This document shows, piece by piece, positions 39,379 to 48,875 of a stretch of 64,000 nucleotides of DNA. A model generated the notes under the pieces. The model ran no database searches and was not told the origin of the DNA. It worked only from the letters and a program-made list of their open reading frames with translations. Source of the stretch: an uncultured Verrucomicrobiae bacterium (GTDB lineage Bacteria; Verrucomicrobiota; Verrucomicrobiia; Chthoniobacterales; UBA10450); assembly GCA_963772365.1 (NCBI GenBank), contig CAVYXA010000001.1:448001-512000 (forward strand), read 5' to 3'. How positions within the stretch are numbered: the first letter of the stretch is position 1; each line of letters opens with the position of its first letter. Made by a program: the position numbers and the translations under genes.

Positions 39379-41271
39379 GTGAAAAGTGGTTGCATCAGCC
39401 CCGAACTAAAGCGCTCGCCATCGAAACCGCGCTCCATCGTGAAAGGTAGTTTCGTTCCGAACACGATTCGTAAATCGAAAACGAGCCGCTGGCGGGCCGC
39501 TGCCCTGATTGCTCTGAACCTGTTGATGATTGGCCACTTCATCCAGTGGTACTTCGCGGGCAAGACAATCTCGCCGATCGAGCCATCCGAAACGATGCAG
39601 ACGCTGCAGCATGGCTTCGTCAATGCCGGGTTCATCTTCTTTACTCTCGCAATTCTCGCCACGCTGATTTTTGGGCGCTTCGTCTGCGGCTGGGGTTGTC
39701 ACATTCTGGCGCTGCAGGATCTTTGCGGCTGGCTCCTCAAAAAAATGGGCATGACGCCTAAACCGTTTCGCTCGCGGCTGCTGGTTTATGTTCCGTTGAT
39801 CGGCGCCTTATACATGTTTGTCTGGCCGACAGCTTATAGATTCTTCGCTGGGACAGAGGCTGGCCCGCTCATTCCAAAGTTCACCAATCATCTCGTCACC
39901 ACGAATTATTGGGAGACGTTTGCTACGGTCTCCGTCGCGATTCCTTTTCTGTTCGTTTGCGGATTCATGACGGTCAATTTTTTGGGGCAGAAAGGATTTT
40001 GCACTTACGCCTGTCCCTATGGCGGTTTCTTTGGGCTGGCCGATAAATTTTCGCCTGGAAAAATCCGTGTAACCGACGCCTGCAATCAATGCGGCCATTG
40101 CACTGCCACCTGCACATCGAACGTTCTTGTTCACGCTGAGGTGAAGCAGTTCAAGATGGTTGTCGATCCTGGCTGCATGAAATGTATGGATTGCGTCAGC
40201 GTTTGTCCAAATGACGCGTTGTACTTCGGTTTTGGGAAACCGAGTTTGCTGGCGCCAAAATCGAGCTCATTCAAACGATCCTATTCGTTAACCTGGCCGG
40301 AAGAAATCGTAGGCGCAGTCGTTTTCTTCGGAAGTTTTCTATCAGTTCGCGGCGTCTATTCTCTGGTTCCTTTTTTGATGGCGCTGGGCTGCGCCTCGGT
40401 CACGACCTTTCTCACTCTGAAGACGTGGCGGTTGATTCGAGACCGCGAGGTTTCGTTTTATCGATTCTGTTTGAAATCTTCCCGTGGAATCCAAAAAGCA
40501 GGATGGGGGTTTTCTGCTTTTGCGGTGGTCTGGATCGGATTGAACGTCCACAGCGGCTGGATCCGGTACAACGAGCATGAGGGCGACCGCGCATTTCGGC
40601 AGTTAAAAATTCCTGATGAGCTGGCGCTGGCGCAGCTAAATCCCAGCCGTTGGCTCGCTCCATCCGATCGCGAGAATATCCAGCAAGGAACACGATATCT
40701 GGAAACGGCGTTGAATTTTGGTCTGTTTAAGAACAGCGAAGGGCTTTCGAAACTTGCCTGGTTCCAATATCTTTCCGGCGACCCGGAACGCTGTTTGCAG
40801 TTGCTGGATCAAGCAGCGGGGCGCCAGCGAAGTCAGGGCAAAGCGTTGAGTCTGTATTATAGCGGGGCAATTCTCAATCGGCTGGGCCGCTACCAAGAAG
40901 CACTGACAAAACTCGATCAAGCTCTGGTTGCACGGGACGATCTCATCCTCGCACGCCAGGAAAAAGGCGAATCGCTATGGCAACTTGGGCGTAAACAAGA
41001 GGCCATTGCAGCTTGGGAAAATGCTCTGAAACAGAATTCCACGTTGCCCTTGGCCAATAACGAACTGGCCGGCGCTGAGCAGGCCCTTGGCAGATTTGAG
41101 GAAGCCGCCGTGCATGAACAACAGGCAGATCAGTTCACGCCTAATGATCCATACTTCCACTGGATGCTTGGTCAACGCCTTCGCGCTCTCGATATGACGG
41201 AGCTGGCCGAAAAACATTTTCAGCGGACTCGTCAGCTCGATCCTGGCTTGCAAAAAGGATCTAGTGAGTAG
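39379..41271 (+). CDS. Membrane polyferredoxin (NapH/MauN-like 4Fe-4S binding) with C-terminal TPR domain; start uncertain
   Basis: 'FGRFVCGWGCH', 'FCTYACPYG', 'CNQCGHCTATC', 'CMKCMDCVSVCP'; TM helices; TPR-like 'LGRYQEAL', 'LGRKQEAI', 'LGRFEEAA'. Confidence 0.85.
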   Translation: MKSGCISPELKRSPSKPRSIVKGSFVPNTIRKSKTSRWRAAALIALNLLMIGHFIQWYFAGKTISPIEPSETMQTLQHGFVNAGFIFFTLAILATLIFGRFVCGWGCHILALQDLCGWLLKKMGMTPKPFRSRLLVYVPLIGALYMFVWPTAYRFFAGTEAGPLIPKFTNHLVTTNYWETFATVSVAIPFLFVCGFMTVNFLGQKGFCTYACPYGGFFGLADKFSPGKIRVTDACNQCGHCTATCTSNVLVHAEVKQFKMVVDPGCMKCMDCVSVCPNDALYFGFGKPSLLAPKSSSFKRSYSLTWPEEIVGAVVFFGSFLSVRGVYSLVPFLMALGCASVTTFLTLKTWRLIRDREVSFYRFCLKSSRGIQKAGWGFSAFAVVWIGLNVHSGWIRYNEHEGDRAFRQLKIPDELALAQLNPSRWLAPSDRENIQQGTRYLETALNFGLFKNSEGLSKLAWFQYLSGDPERCLQLLDQAAGRQRSQGKALSLYYSGAILNRLGRYQEALTKLDQALVARDDLILARQEKGESLWQLGRKQEAIAAWENALKQNSTLPLANNELAGAEQALGRFEEAAVHEQQADQFTPNDPYFHWMLGQRLRALDMTELAEKHFQRTRQLDPGLQKGSSE

Positions 41272-42271
41272 TGGAAAGCAGCAGACGCGAAAGGGTAACG
41301 CGCCCGCCGAATTCGGTATAAGCGAAAACACCTGGTTGCGGTGAAAACGCAATCGAATGGACATCGTTGTCCTTGGGGAACAAGGCCAGGCTGTGGCCGT
41401 CCCGGGCGCTCCAGAATTGAAGCGCGCCTAATCCATTCCCACGACCATATCCGGCGGCAATAACGGAGCCATCGCGCGAGAAGGCGACTGTCGGGTATTC
41501 GAAGCTTGTCTGAATATTCAGGAATATGAGCAATTCTCCATCGGCGACCCGCCAGACCTTCACCGCATTTTCCGACTGTACCGTGCCGGCAATCAAATTG
41601 CCGTTGGGCGAAAATGCGATCGAATTAACTTCGGCGTTTGGAATTCTCAGTAATAGCACGCCATCCGCAGCACGTCGCAGTTTTACTCCGTAGATGTCGC
41701 CCGACCCAATCAATTGGCCATCCGGCGAGAAGGCGGAATCTTTTACACGCGGCGGGAGTCCGGGACTCTGCGGATCGTCATTCGGAATGGTCCTGATCAG
41801 CGCCAGATCCGGCACATGCCACAATTTGATCTCCCTCGAGTATCTGCCCGATGTAACCAAATACTGGCCATCGGATGAAAGGCTCACGCTGTTGGTCCCA
41901 TTCGTATGCGCGGCGAGTCTCAGAAGACGGACGCCATCCGATACTCGCCACAAATTCAAACTGTATGTCGATCCTCCGCCGCCGGTGCCGTTGATCAAGT
42001 ATTGATCGTCCAGGGTAAAAACCAGATCGTTGGTCGTGTTATGACTCGCGGTGAAGGAGCGGATCAAGCTGCCGTCAATAGCGCGTAGAAAATCCGACGT
42101 ATTACTGTCTTCTCTGCCCAGGGCAAGGATCGATCCATCGCTTGAGAACGCGACGTTGAGCAATGGATCGGCATCCTGCTTCGACCAGATCACTCTTTCG
42201 CTTTGCGCCTGGACCGTGCCGGCAGCAACAATCCACGCCAATACAACCAAATGACTAATATTCCTTTTCAT
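41261..42271 (-). CDS. Secreted WD40 beta-propeller protein
   Basis: Signal peptide ending 'VQA'; repeated 'xAFSxDG..LWRVxDG' units. Confidence 0.85.
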   Translation of the reverse strand: MKRNISHLVVLAWIVAAGTVQAQSERVIWSKQDADPLLNVAFSSDGSILALGREDSNTSDFLRAIDGSLIRSFTASHNTTNDLVFTLDDQYLINGTGGGGSTYSLNLWRVSDGVRLLRLAAHTNGTNSVSLSSDGQYLVTSGRYSREIKLWHVPDLALIRTIPNDDPQSPGLPPRVKDSAFSPDGQLIGSGDIYGVKLRRAADGVLLLRIPNAEVNSIAFSPNGNLIAGTVQSENAVKVWRVADGELLIFLNIQTSFEYPTVAFSRDGSVIAAGYGRGNGLGALQFWSARDGHSLALFPKDNDVHSIAFSPQPGVFAYTEFGGRVTLSRLLLSTTH

Positions 42272-42294
42272 AATCACATCTCCTCCGTCACAAT

Positions 42295-44166
42295 TTAGGG
42301 CAGTCCGTGGCCCCCATTGGCTTTAACCATGGAACTGTCGGTGGCGTTGATCGTGCCGTTGACATTCACGTCCGACCGAAAATTCGTGGTATCCAGCGTT
42401 TGACCAATTCGAGCTTTGGTCTGGCTGACGTCGCTCGCGTTTACCGCGCCATTTCCATTTGTATCGCCCAGTAGAATACTGACGTTCACTGTCGTGTCGG
42501 GCAAAACCCGAGAAGCGGAATCTGTGACATTGCTAAGCAGCAGCGTAACCGTCTGCGCATCCGTCACCCCGGTTAAGTTTACCGTCATCGTCTGACCCTG
42601 GTAAGCGGGAGGGCCGGAGATAGTGGCCGTTCCACTCGTTACGCTCACATTGCCGCTCACGACATCACTATTAAAGGTAAAGACGAGCGTATGATTGCCT
42701 CCGCTGCTCCGGCATTCCACCCCAGGCTGACCGCTGAGCGGCAGGTTAATGTCGAACGTGCCTGCGCTGCCGTGCGTTTTTCGCGAGGCCGCAGCTGTAA
42801 GTTGGAAGCCGTCGAGGTATCGCGCCAGCGCGAAATCGCTGTTCTGATAATACTGATCGCTGGAGGTATAACCACCCGCGACGAGTTTGCCATCGGGTTG
42901 AAATGCAAGGGCCACGCCTGTGGTCGACTGGCCGAAGGATGTCGTGACTATACCACCGTTGCCAAAAGTCGAATCGAGGGAGCCGTTTATGTCGAAGCGC
43001 AACAAGTGAAATGCAGAGTCCGATGTAAAATTGCCACTTCCGAGAGCGATTAGCTTGCCATCGCTTTGAAGCGCTACCGCATTGAGACCCCCTTGGTCCT
43101 GCATGAGCACCTTTCCGCCGTTGCCGAAGCTCTGATCGAACGAACCGTCTGGATTGAACCGCGCCAGGGCGAAACTATCGTAGGGGCTATTAACCTCGGC
43201 CCATCCTACCAGAACGATTTTGCCGTCAGTTTGAAGGACGGCATCGTTGGCAGCGTCCCAGTTACTACTAAAATTGGCTAACGCATGGCCGTCGCCCGAA
43301 AATGTTGTGTCGAGCGTGCCGTTGGGGTTATAACGGGCGACCAGGAATTGGTAGGTGGACCCACCGGCGATAACGAGTTTGCCATCCGGTTGGATCATTA
43401 GCGCAACGGCGTAACTCTCCGTGCCTTGCCCGAAATCATTGGTCACTATGCCGCCGTTGCCAAAGGTCGTGTCAAGCGAGCCATCGGGATTGTACCGAGC
43501 CAGGGCCACATTCCCTTTTCTCTGGTCGGCTGGATAAAAAAAGATGCCTTTGCGTCCAGCGGCTACTATTTTCCCATCAGACTGAAGCGCGAGCGCATAG
43601 GCCTGGTCATCGTCGGGCCCGACATTGGTTGTTACTATTCCACCGTTGCCGAAAGTGGGATCGACCGACCCGTTCGAGTTGAAGCGTAGCAGAACAAATG
43701 AACTATCACTTTGGGAAGGCAGATCGATGCTTCCACTGATCATAATCTTGCCATCCGGCAGAATGAGCAACCCAGCTGCGCTTTCCCGGACCGAGGCCAC
43801 GGTTATCACTTTGCCGCCATTGCCAAATGTCGGGTCGAGTGTGCCATCCGGATTGTAGCGAGCAAGCGCGCCCTTGTGGCTCGGGTGGGTATCACCAATG
43901 GCGATGATTTTGCCGTCGGGCTGGACCGCAATGCGGTTCAAATAGTCAACGCTATTGTTAAAGTCGGTCACGACCTTGCCACCGTTGCCAAATGTCGGGT
44001 CAAGTTCGCCATCCGTCGCTCGCGCAGTGTGTTCGCTGGTGAAAAACGCCACCATCATTGTCGCTGCGAAAACAAAGCCGCGCCAAATTGCTTTCCAGTT
44101 TTTTGTGGAAAGGAATTGTGCGGACTGTTGCCTGATTTCAATTTTGGTAAAAAATAACATGGTCAT
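42295..44166 (-). CDS. Secreted delta-60 repeat beta-propeller + 'SRKTHG'/dockerin module
   Basis: Seven 'DG.LD.TFG.GG' units with 'QPDGKI'; C-terminal 'ASRKTHGSAGTFDINLPL..GDTNGNGAVNASD..SDVNVNGTINATD'. Confidence 0.88.
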   Translation of the reverse strand: MTMLFFTKIEIRQQSAQFLSTKNWKAIWRGFVFAATMMVAFFTSEHTARATDGELDPTFGNGGKVVTDFNNSVDYLNRIAVQPDGKIIAIGDTHPSHKGALARYNPDGTLDPTFGNGGKVITVASVRESAAGLLILPDGKIMISGSIDLPSQSDSSFVLLRFNSNGSVDPTFGNGGIVTTNVGPDDDQAYALALQSDGKIVAAGRKGIFFYPADQRKGNVALARYNPDGSLDTTFGNGGIVTNDFGQGTESYAVALMIQPDGKLVIAGGSTYQFLVARYNPNGTLDTTFSGDGHALANFSSNWDAANDAVLQTDGKIVLVGWAEVNSPYDSFALARFNPDGSFDQSFGNGGKVLMQDQGGLNAVALQSDGKLIALGSGNFTSDSAFHLLRFDINGSLDSTFGNGGIVTTSFGQSTTGVALAFQPDGKLVAGGYTSSDQYYQNSDFALARYLDGFQLTAAASRKTHGSAGTFDINLPLSGQPGVECRSSGGNHTLVFTFNSDVVSGNVSVTSGTATISGPPAYQGQTMTVNLTGVTDAQTVTLLLSNVTDSASRVLPDTTVNVSILLGDTNGNGAVNASDVSQTKARIGQTLDTTNFRSDVNVNGTINATDSSMVKANGGHGLP

Positions 44167-44350
44167 TCCTCCAGTTGATAATTGAGAATATTTGATTGAA
44201 GTATCGTTCCCTCAGGCCACGGTCGGCCGGATCGGAGAAGTAACAGACTTGTTACCTTTGGAGTTCGCCGGCGCGCTAAGATGACGCCGGGGCGGGTTCA
44301 GCGGCTGAAGCGACTGGATCTCCGCTTCGACACTCGCCCAAAATTCGTCA

Positions 44351-45679
44351 TCATTGCGCGCATTCTTCGAATGCGGCGGGTCTGCCTTCCAGAAGCGCCA
44401 GAGCTTCGCCGGCGAAATGGAGCGAACCGGTGATCAGAATGCGATTCGGCTGGGTACGTGCGCGGTCCATTGCATCGACAATGGACGCGGTGACCGAAAT
44501 TGTAGGGCAACCGCTCCGGTTGCCGGCAGGCGATGCGCCTGCCCTACAAACATCCTGAAAAATTCTCGCAATCTTGTCCGGCGCGGCGGCGCGTTCGCTG
44601 CGAATTTGCGGAAGCAAAACGAATTCCGCGATCGGGGCTAGCGTTCTGCATATGCCGGCCAGGTCTTTGTCCTCCAGGATTGCCAGAATGATCGTCGCCC
44701 GTTCGCCGGGAAAAATTTCCTGCCAGGTGTCTGCAAGAATTTGGGCCGCCGCAGGATTATGAGCGCCATCAATGATTGTGCGCTTGTCCCAGACTTGAAA
44801 TCTTGCCGGCCAATGCACCGAGCTCAGCCCACGCGCAATCGCTGAATCGTTGATGTCGATCCTGCCGGCGCGCAGCGCAGCGATTGCCAGACCGGCATTC
44901 AACTTCTGATATCGCCCGCGTAACGCGATCGGGCTTTGTTCATAGGCGTCGTTCACAAACTGGAGCGGCGCTTCACATTCTTTGGCCCGTCGCTCAATTA
45001 CCTCTCTTGCGTCTGGTAATTGCTCAGCGGAAACCACGGGAGTTTTTGCTTTGATAATACCAGCTTTTTCGGCGGCGATTTCGGCGACTGTTTTGCCAAG
45101 CCATTTCTGATGATCGAGCGCGATCGGCGTAATCACCGCCATATCAGATTGCACCGCGTTGGTCGCATCGAGTCTTCCGCCCAATCCTGTTTCGAGCACA
45201 GCGATGTCGATCTCCTGATCTTGAAAATATTTCAATGCCAGCGCGGTTGTGACTTCGAAAAATGTCGGGTGCGGATTCCATTCACAAATCAATGAGCGAA
45301 TCGCGCTTAGCCCGGCGGCTGCCGTCGTTTCAAAAATCGGTTTCCCATCAACACAAATCCGTTCGCGAAAAGTGATGAGGTGAGGGGAAGTAAAAAGACC
45401 GGTGCGACAACCTTGCGCGCGCAGGATGGAATCGATCATCGCCGAGACCGATCCTTTGCCGTTTGTGCCGGCGATATGAATGACACGGAACTGTCGATCT
45501 TGCACGCCGAGCGCGCGAAACAAACGGCGGCTGTTTTCCAACCCAAGCTTGATACCAAAACGCTGAAGGCTATAGAGCCAGGCCAGCGTCTCGCGATAGT
45601 GGATCGGCGCCTCTCCCGAGACGTTAACTCTCGCGGGCGGGCGCGCCCATCTCGCTCGGCTCCCGCCAACTCGATTCAC
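44351..45679 (-). CDS. folC: Dihydrofolate/folylpolyglutamate synthase
   Basis: 'IHIAGTNGKGS', 'FTSPHL', 'ETGLGGRLDATN', 'IDGAHNP', 'ITGSLHFAG'. Confidence 0.95.
   Translation of the reverse strand: MNRVGGSRARWARPPARVNVSGEAPIHYRETLAWLYSLQRFGIKLGLENSRRLFRALGVQDRQFRVIHIAGTNGKGSVSAMIDSILRAQGCRTGLFTSPHLITFRERICVDGKPIFETTAAAGLSAIRSLICEWNPHPTFFEVTTALALKYFQDQEIDIAVLETGLGGRLDATNAVQSDMAVITPIALDHQKWLGKTVAEIAAEKAGIIKAKTPVVSAEQLPDAREVIERRAKECEAPLQFVNDAYEQSPIALRGRYQKLNAGLAIAALRAGRIDINDSAIARGLSSVHWPARFQVWDKRTIIDGAHNPAAAQILADTWQEIFPGERATIILAILEDKDLAGICRTLAPIAEFVLLPQIRSERAAAPDKIARIFQDVCRAGASPAGNRSGCPTISVTASIVDAMDRARTQPNRILITGSLHFAGEALALLEGRPAAFEECAQ
44501..44548. repeat. GTAG-type REP doublet inside folC
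   Basis: TGTAGGGCA-accgctccggttgccggcaggcgatgcgcc-TGCCCTACA, 48 bp, in frame. Confidence 0.75.
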
Positions 45680-46521
45680 GATGGGATTGACAAGTAACCG
45701 AGCAATCGGCTGATCTGCTCTCGCATTTTCTTGCGATGCACAATCATGTCGATCAACCCGTGATCGAGAAGAAATTCGGCCGTCTGAAATCCTTCCGGCA
45801 AATCTTGATGCGTGGTTTCCTTGATCACTCGGGGACCGGCGAAACCGATCATGCTTTTGGGCTCGGCCATAATTACGTCGCCCAACGAAGCGAAACTCGC
45901 CATGACACCGGCCGTCGTCGGATTGGTTAGGACAGAAATGTAAGGAAGATGTTGTTGAGCATGCCGGGCGAGCGCGCCGCTGGTCTTGGCCATTTGCATC
46001 AGGCTCAACATTCCTTCGTACATTCGCGCGCCACCCGAAGCGGCGATAATGATCACTGCCGAACGTTCTGCCGTCCCGTATTCGATCGCGCGAGTAATTC
46101 GTTCGCCTACGACCGATCCCATGGTGGCGGCGAGAAAAGTGAAATCCATGACCGCGATCGCGACCTTGTAGCCGTCGAGCATTCCATGTCCACTAATTAC
46201 GGCGTCGATCAACCCCGTGCTTTCCTGGTATTTTTTCAGCCGGTCCTTGTAACTGGCCATTCCTTGAAAACGGAGCGTGTCGATCGATTTCAAACCGGCA
46301 TCCATTTCGACAAAACTTTTGGAATCGAGCAGATTGTCGATCCTCTCCTTGGCCGATTGGGCGAAATGATGATCGCAGTGGGGACAGACGCGCTGGTTAT
46401 CGGCCAGCTGAATCTCGGTCACCACTTCGCCGCAACTGGGACACTTTTGAAAAACACCCTGCGGAAAATCGCGTTTCTTTTCACCTTCTCTTCCGAATCG
46501 AGGTTTTTTGAAGATGGCCAT
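45676..46521 (-). CDS. accD: Acetyl-CoA carboxylase carboxyltransferase beta subunit
   Basis: 'KCPSC..VCPHC' zinc finger, 'MGSVVGE', 'SGGARMYEG..SLMQMAK', 'GFAGPRVI'. Confidence 0.95.
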   Translation of the reverse strand: MAIFKKPRFGREGEKKRDFPQGVFQKCPSCGEVVTEIQLADNQRVCPHCDHHFAQSAKERIDNLLDSKSFVEMDAGLKSIDTLRFQGMASYKDRLKKYQESTGLIDAVISGHGMLDGYKVAIAVMDFTFLAATMGSVVGERITRAIEYGTAERSAVIIIAASGGARMYEGMLSLMQMAKTSGALARHAQQHLPYISVLTNPTTAGVMASFASLGDVIMAEPKSMIGFAGPRVIKETTHQDLPEGFQTAEFLLDHGLIDMIVHRKKMREQISRLLGYLSIPS

Positions 46522-46527
46522 CGGAAA

Positions 46528-47240
46528 TTATGCCCGTGCCGCGACGGCCGCATGGACTGAGAACGCCCCGCCTTTCTTTAGAACGCGGGCGCACTCGCTC
46601 AAAGTCGAGCCGGTTGTCAAAACGTCGTCGATCAAAAGCACCCGCAAACCTTGCACGTCCGCGGTTTTTCGTAAACGAAAGGCATTATGTAAATTTTCCA
46701 TCCGCTCGGCCCGATCAAATGCCGTCTGAGTGGTGGTATAACGGACGCGTTCCAGAACGGGCTTGCTCGGCACACCAACCCGCGCACTCAACAATTCCGC
46801 CAGAAGTGCCGCTTGATTAAATCCGCGTTCCCGTTCCCGCGTGGGATGTAACGGGACCGGAACAACGATATCGAAACGGCGATCGCGGAGCCGCACATCC
46901 TCCAGCGCTTCACAGAGCCAGCCGGCGATGAGATTCCGAAGATGGGTTTGCCGTCTGTATTTGTAATCATGGATCACCCGACGAACGATCCCGCGGCTGC
47001 GATAGACTGCTACGGCTGTTTCAAAATGAAGCACTCGATGCGCGCAGTTTGCGCAGGTGAATGAATCGTTAATCGCACCAGCAAATGGCTCCGAGCACCG
47101 CTCGCAAAACGGCGGGACGATCCGCATCGTTTTACTGTCGCAAGTGAGACAGAGATAGTCACCGGCATCGACGGCTAGTCCGCAAATTGTGCAAACCGGC
47201 GGGTAAAGGAGCGAAGTGATCGCGCCCAGCGCTCCAAACC
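46528..47240 (-). CDS. comF: ComF family amidophosphoribosyltransferase-like protein (start uncertain)
   Basis: Double zinc ribbon, 'VPVPLH..ERGFNQ', 'LLIDDVLTTGSTL'. Confidence 0.88.
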
Positions 47241-47262
47241 CAGATTTTGCTTTAGCTATCTT

Positions 47263-47357
47263 GTCATGTTGAGCAAAGTGAAACATCTCTAACCTTTTTA
47301 ATCTTGGCCGGCGTCGCTTGGAAGAGATTTGAGATTCTTCGCTCCGCTCAGAATGAC
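47263..47357. repeat. Two-armed dispersed palindromic element
   Basis: GTCATGTTGAGCAAAGTGAAACATCTC ... GAGATTCTTCGCTCCGCTCAGAATGAC. Confidence 0.7.
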
Positions 47358-47373
47358 AGCGCAGATTCTGGGT

Positions 47374-48255
47374 TCAAAGATGGCGAGCGCGCTCATGTTT
47401 TAGCCAGAGAACCAATATCAGCCACGTCAGCAAAGCGACAACCAGCGGCACAATTCCGACCAGTAAATTTTTCCCGATCCATGGGAGCAGAATTGTTTGC
47501 CGGCGCGCTGCGGCCTTGAAGAGCCCGCTGGCAAAAATCCAGCCGGCATGCAGGCCGATCGGCAACCAAAGCGACCGCGTTCGAATCCGCGCATCAGCTA
47601 GAATCCAGCCGATCAGGAACAGGGTCGTGAATGCGGCGAGGACAAACATCGGATCGGCGAATTGTCCGAACGACTGAGCAATGGAATGGAAGCCGGACGA
47701 CCACGTAACGATTGTCGCTGTTCGCGCGGGCGCTTTTAGGAAATGGACAACGGCGAACAACGCGGACGTCGCCAGGATCGACAGGTCCTTGTGACCCGTT
47801 CGCAGTAAAATGCCCAGGATCAAACCGCGAAAAAATGTTTCTTCAATCAATGGCACCGCGATCGATGCCGCGATTATCTTGCCGAATGAATGCACGGCGA
47901 AATGGTGGCGCCATCCGTAAACCCCAAGGGAGAGAAAGAGAGCGCCGCAACAGAGCAGGGGAATGGCGGACAAAATAAAGCCGCCAAACACGTGACGCCC
48001 CGCCCGCGGATTTCGTTCCAGTTGAAGATCGCGCAGCGTTCGCACGTTGCTCCAGAGCAGAAACGGCCAGAGCAAAACCAGAGCTGCGATTAGAAGCGCT
48101 CGGTGAAAAAACGTTTCAAACTCAAACCTTGCCAAATCGGGTGCCCACGCTTGGGCTGCCCAGAAAAGAAATGGGGCGATCAACGAGCCCACGAGAATCG
48201 TGGCTGCGAAATAAACTGCCAATCTGAGCGCATCTTTCAATCTCGCAAGAGCCAT
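47374..48255 (-). CDS. CPBP (Abi/CAAX) intramembrane glutamic protease
   Basis: 'EETFFRG', 'FAVVHF', 'SLWLPIGLHAGW'. Confidence 0.88.
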   Translation of the reverse strand: MALARLKDALRLAVYFAATILVGSLIAPFLFWAAQAWAPDLARFEFETFFHRALLIAALVLLWPFLLWSNVRTLRDLQLERNPRAGRHVFGGFILSAIPLLCCGALFLSLGVYGWRHHFAVHSFGKIIAASIAVPLIEETFFRGLILGILLRTGHKDLSILATSALFAVVHFLKAPARTATIVTWSSGFHSIAQSFGQFADPMFVLAAFTTLFLIGWILADARIRTRSLWLPIGLHAGWIFASGLFKAAARRQTILLPWIGKNLLVGIVPLVVALLTWLILVLWLKHERARHL

Positions 48256-48547
48256 CGCATAAACAGGTCTGCCATGTCCAGCGAAGTCGAAGCGCTCCGA
48301 AGGGCGTGTGAGATGCTTTCGCACGAAGTGCTTTCGGAGTGCGGGGCGTCTTCGCACCGCTTTTTCATAAATCGCAGACAGTTAGCGCGCTATCGAGAAA
48401 AACAGGAGGTGAATTGGAGTCCGATGCAAATCCTTGGCCCGTCCCAAAGCGACGCGAGGACGTGGTCGCACTCCGAAAGCTTCGCGAAAAGATTTGCGCG
48501 TGTTCAAAGCTTTTGCGGATGGCGAATCAAGGCGAGAGTTTTAGATA

Positions 48548-48808
48548 ATGCGAGCTCAGCACGTTTGGACAGAAAAAGACTCCGAGGGGCGTAAGCGCGA
48601 GGTGCGAGCGACGAAGTTTGGTGGAAGCTGGCGGCTCCAATCCAAAACAGCCGGCGATCTGGAATGGACCTATTACGACCGACCGCAACTGGAGGACTTG
48701 CTGGCGTTAAAAGAGATCCTGTTTCGGAAATATCAGCGGCGACGCGCCTCAGCGGAAGACGTTGCCTCGATCGAGAAGCTGATCCAAGAGCAGACTACAG
48801 AGGAATGA
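48548..48808 (+). CDS. Small hypothetical protein
   Basis: 86-aa ATG ORF in an intergenic gap, co-directional with tlyA. Confidence 0.65.
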   Translation: MRAQHVWTEKDSEGRKREVRATKFGGSWRLQSKTAGDLEWTYYDRPQLEDLLALKEILFRKYQRRRASAEDVASIEKLIQEQTTEE

Positions 48809-48875
48809 GTCAGGATTGCAATAAGCTTCTAGTTAACAGGGACCTTCGAAATCTAATACGGTAATCTCCGAGACA

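Noticed and set aside
42830..44010. Periodic DNA repeats resembling an array
   Set aside because: These are coding delta-60 repeats. No constant repeat with unique spacers and no cas genes, so no CRISPR array is called.
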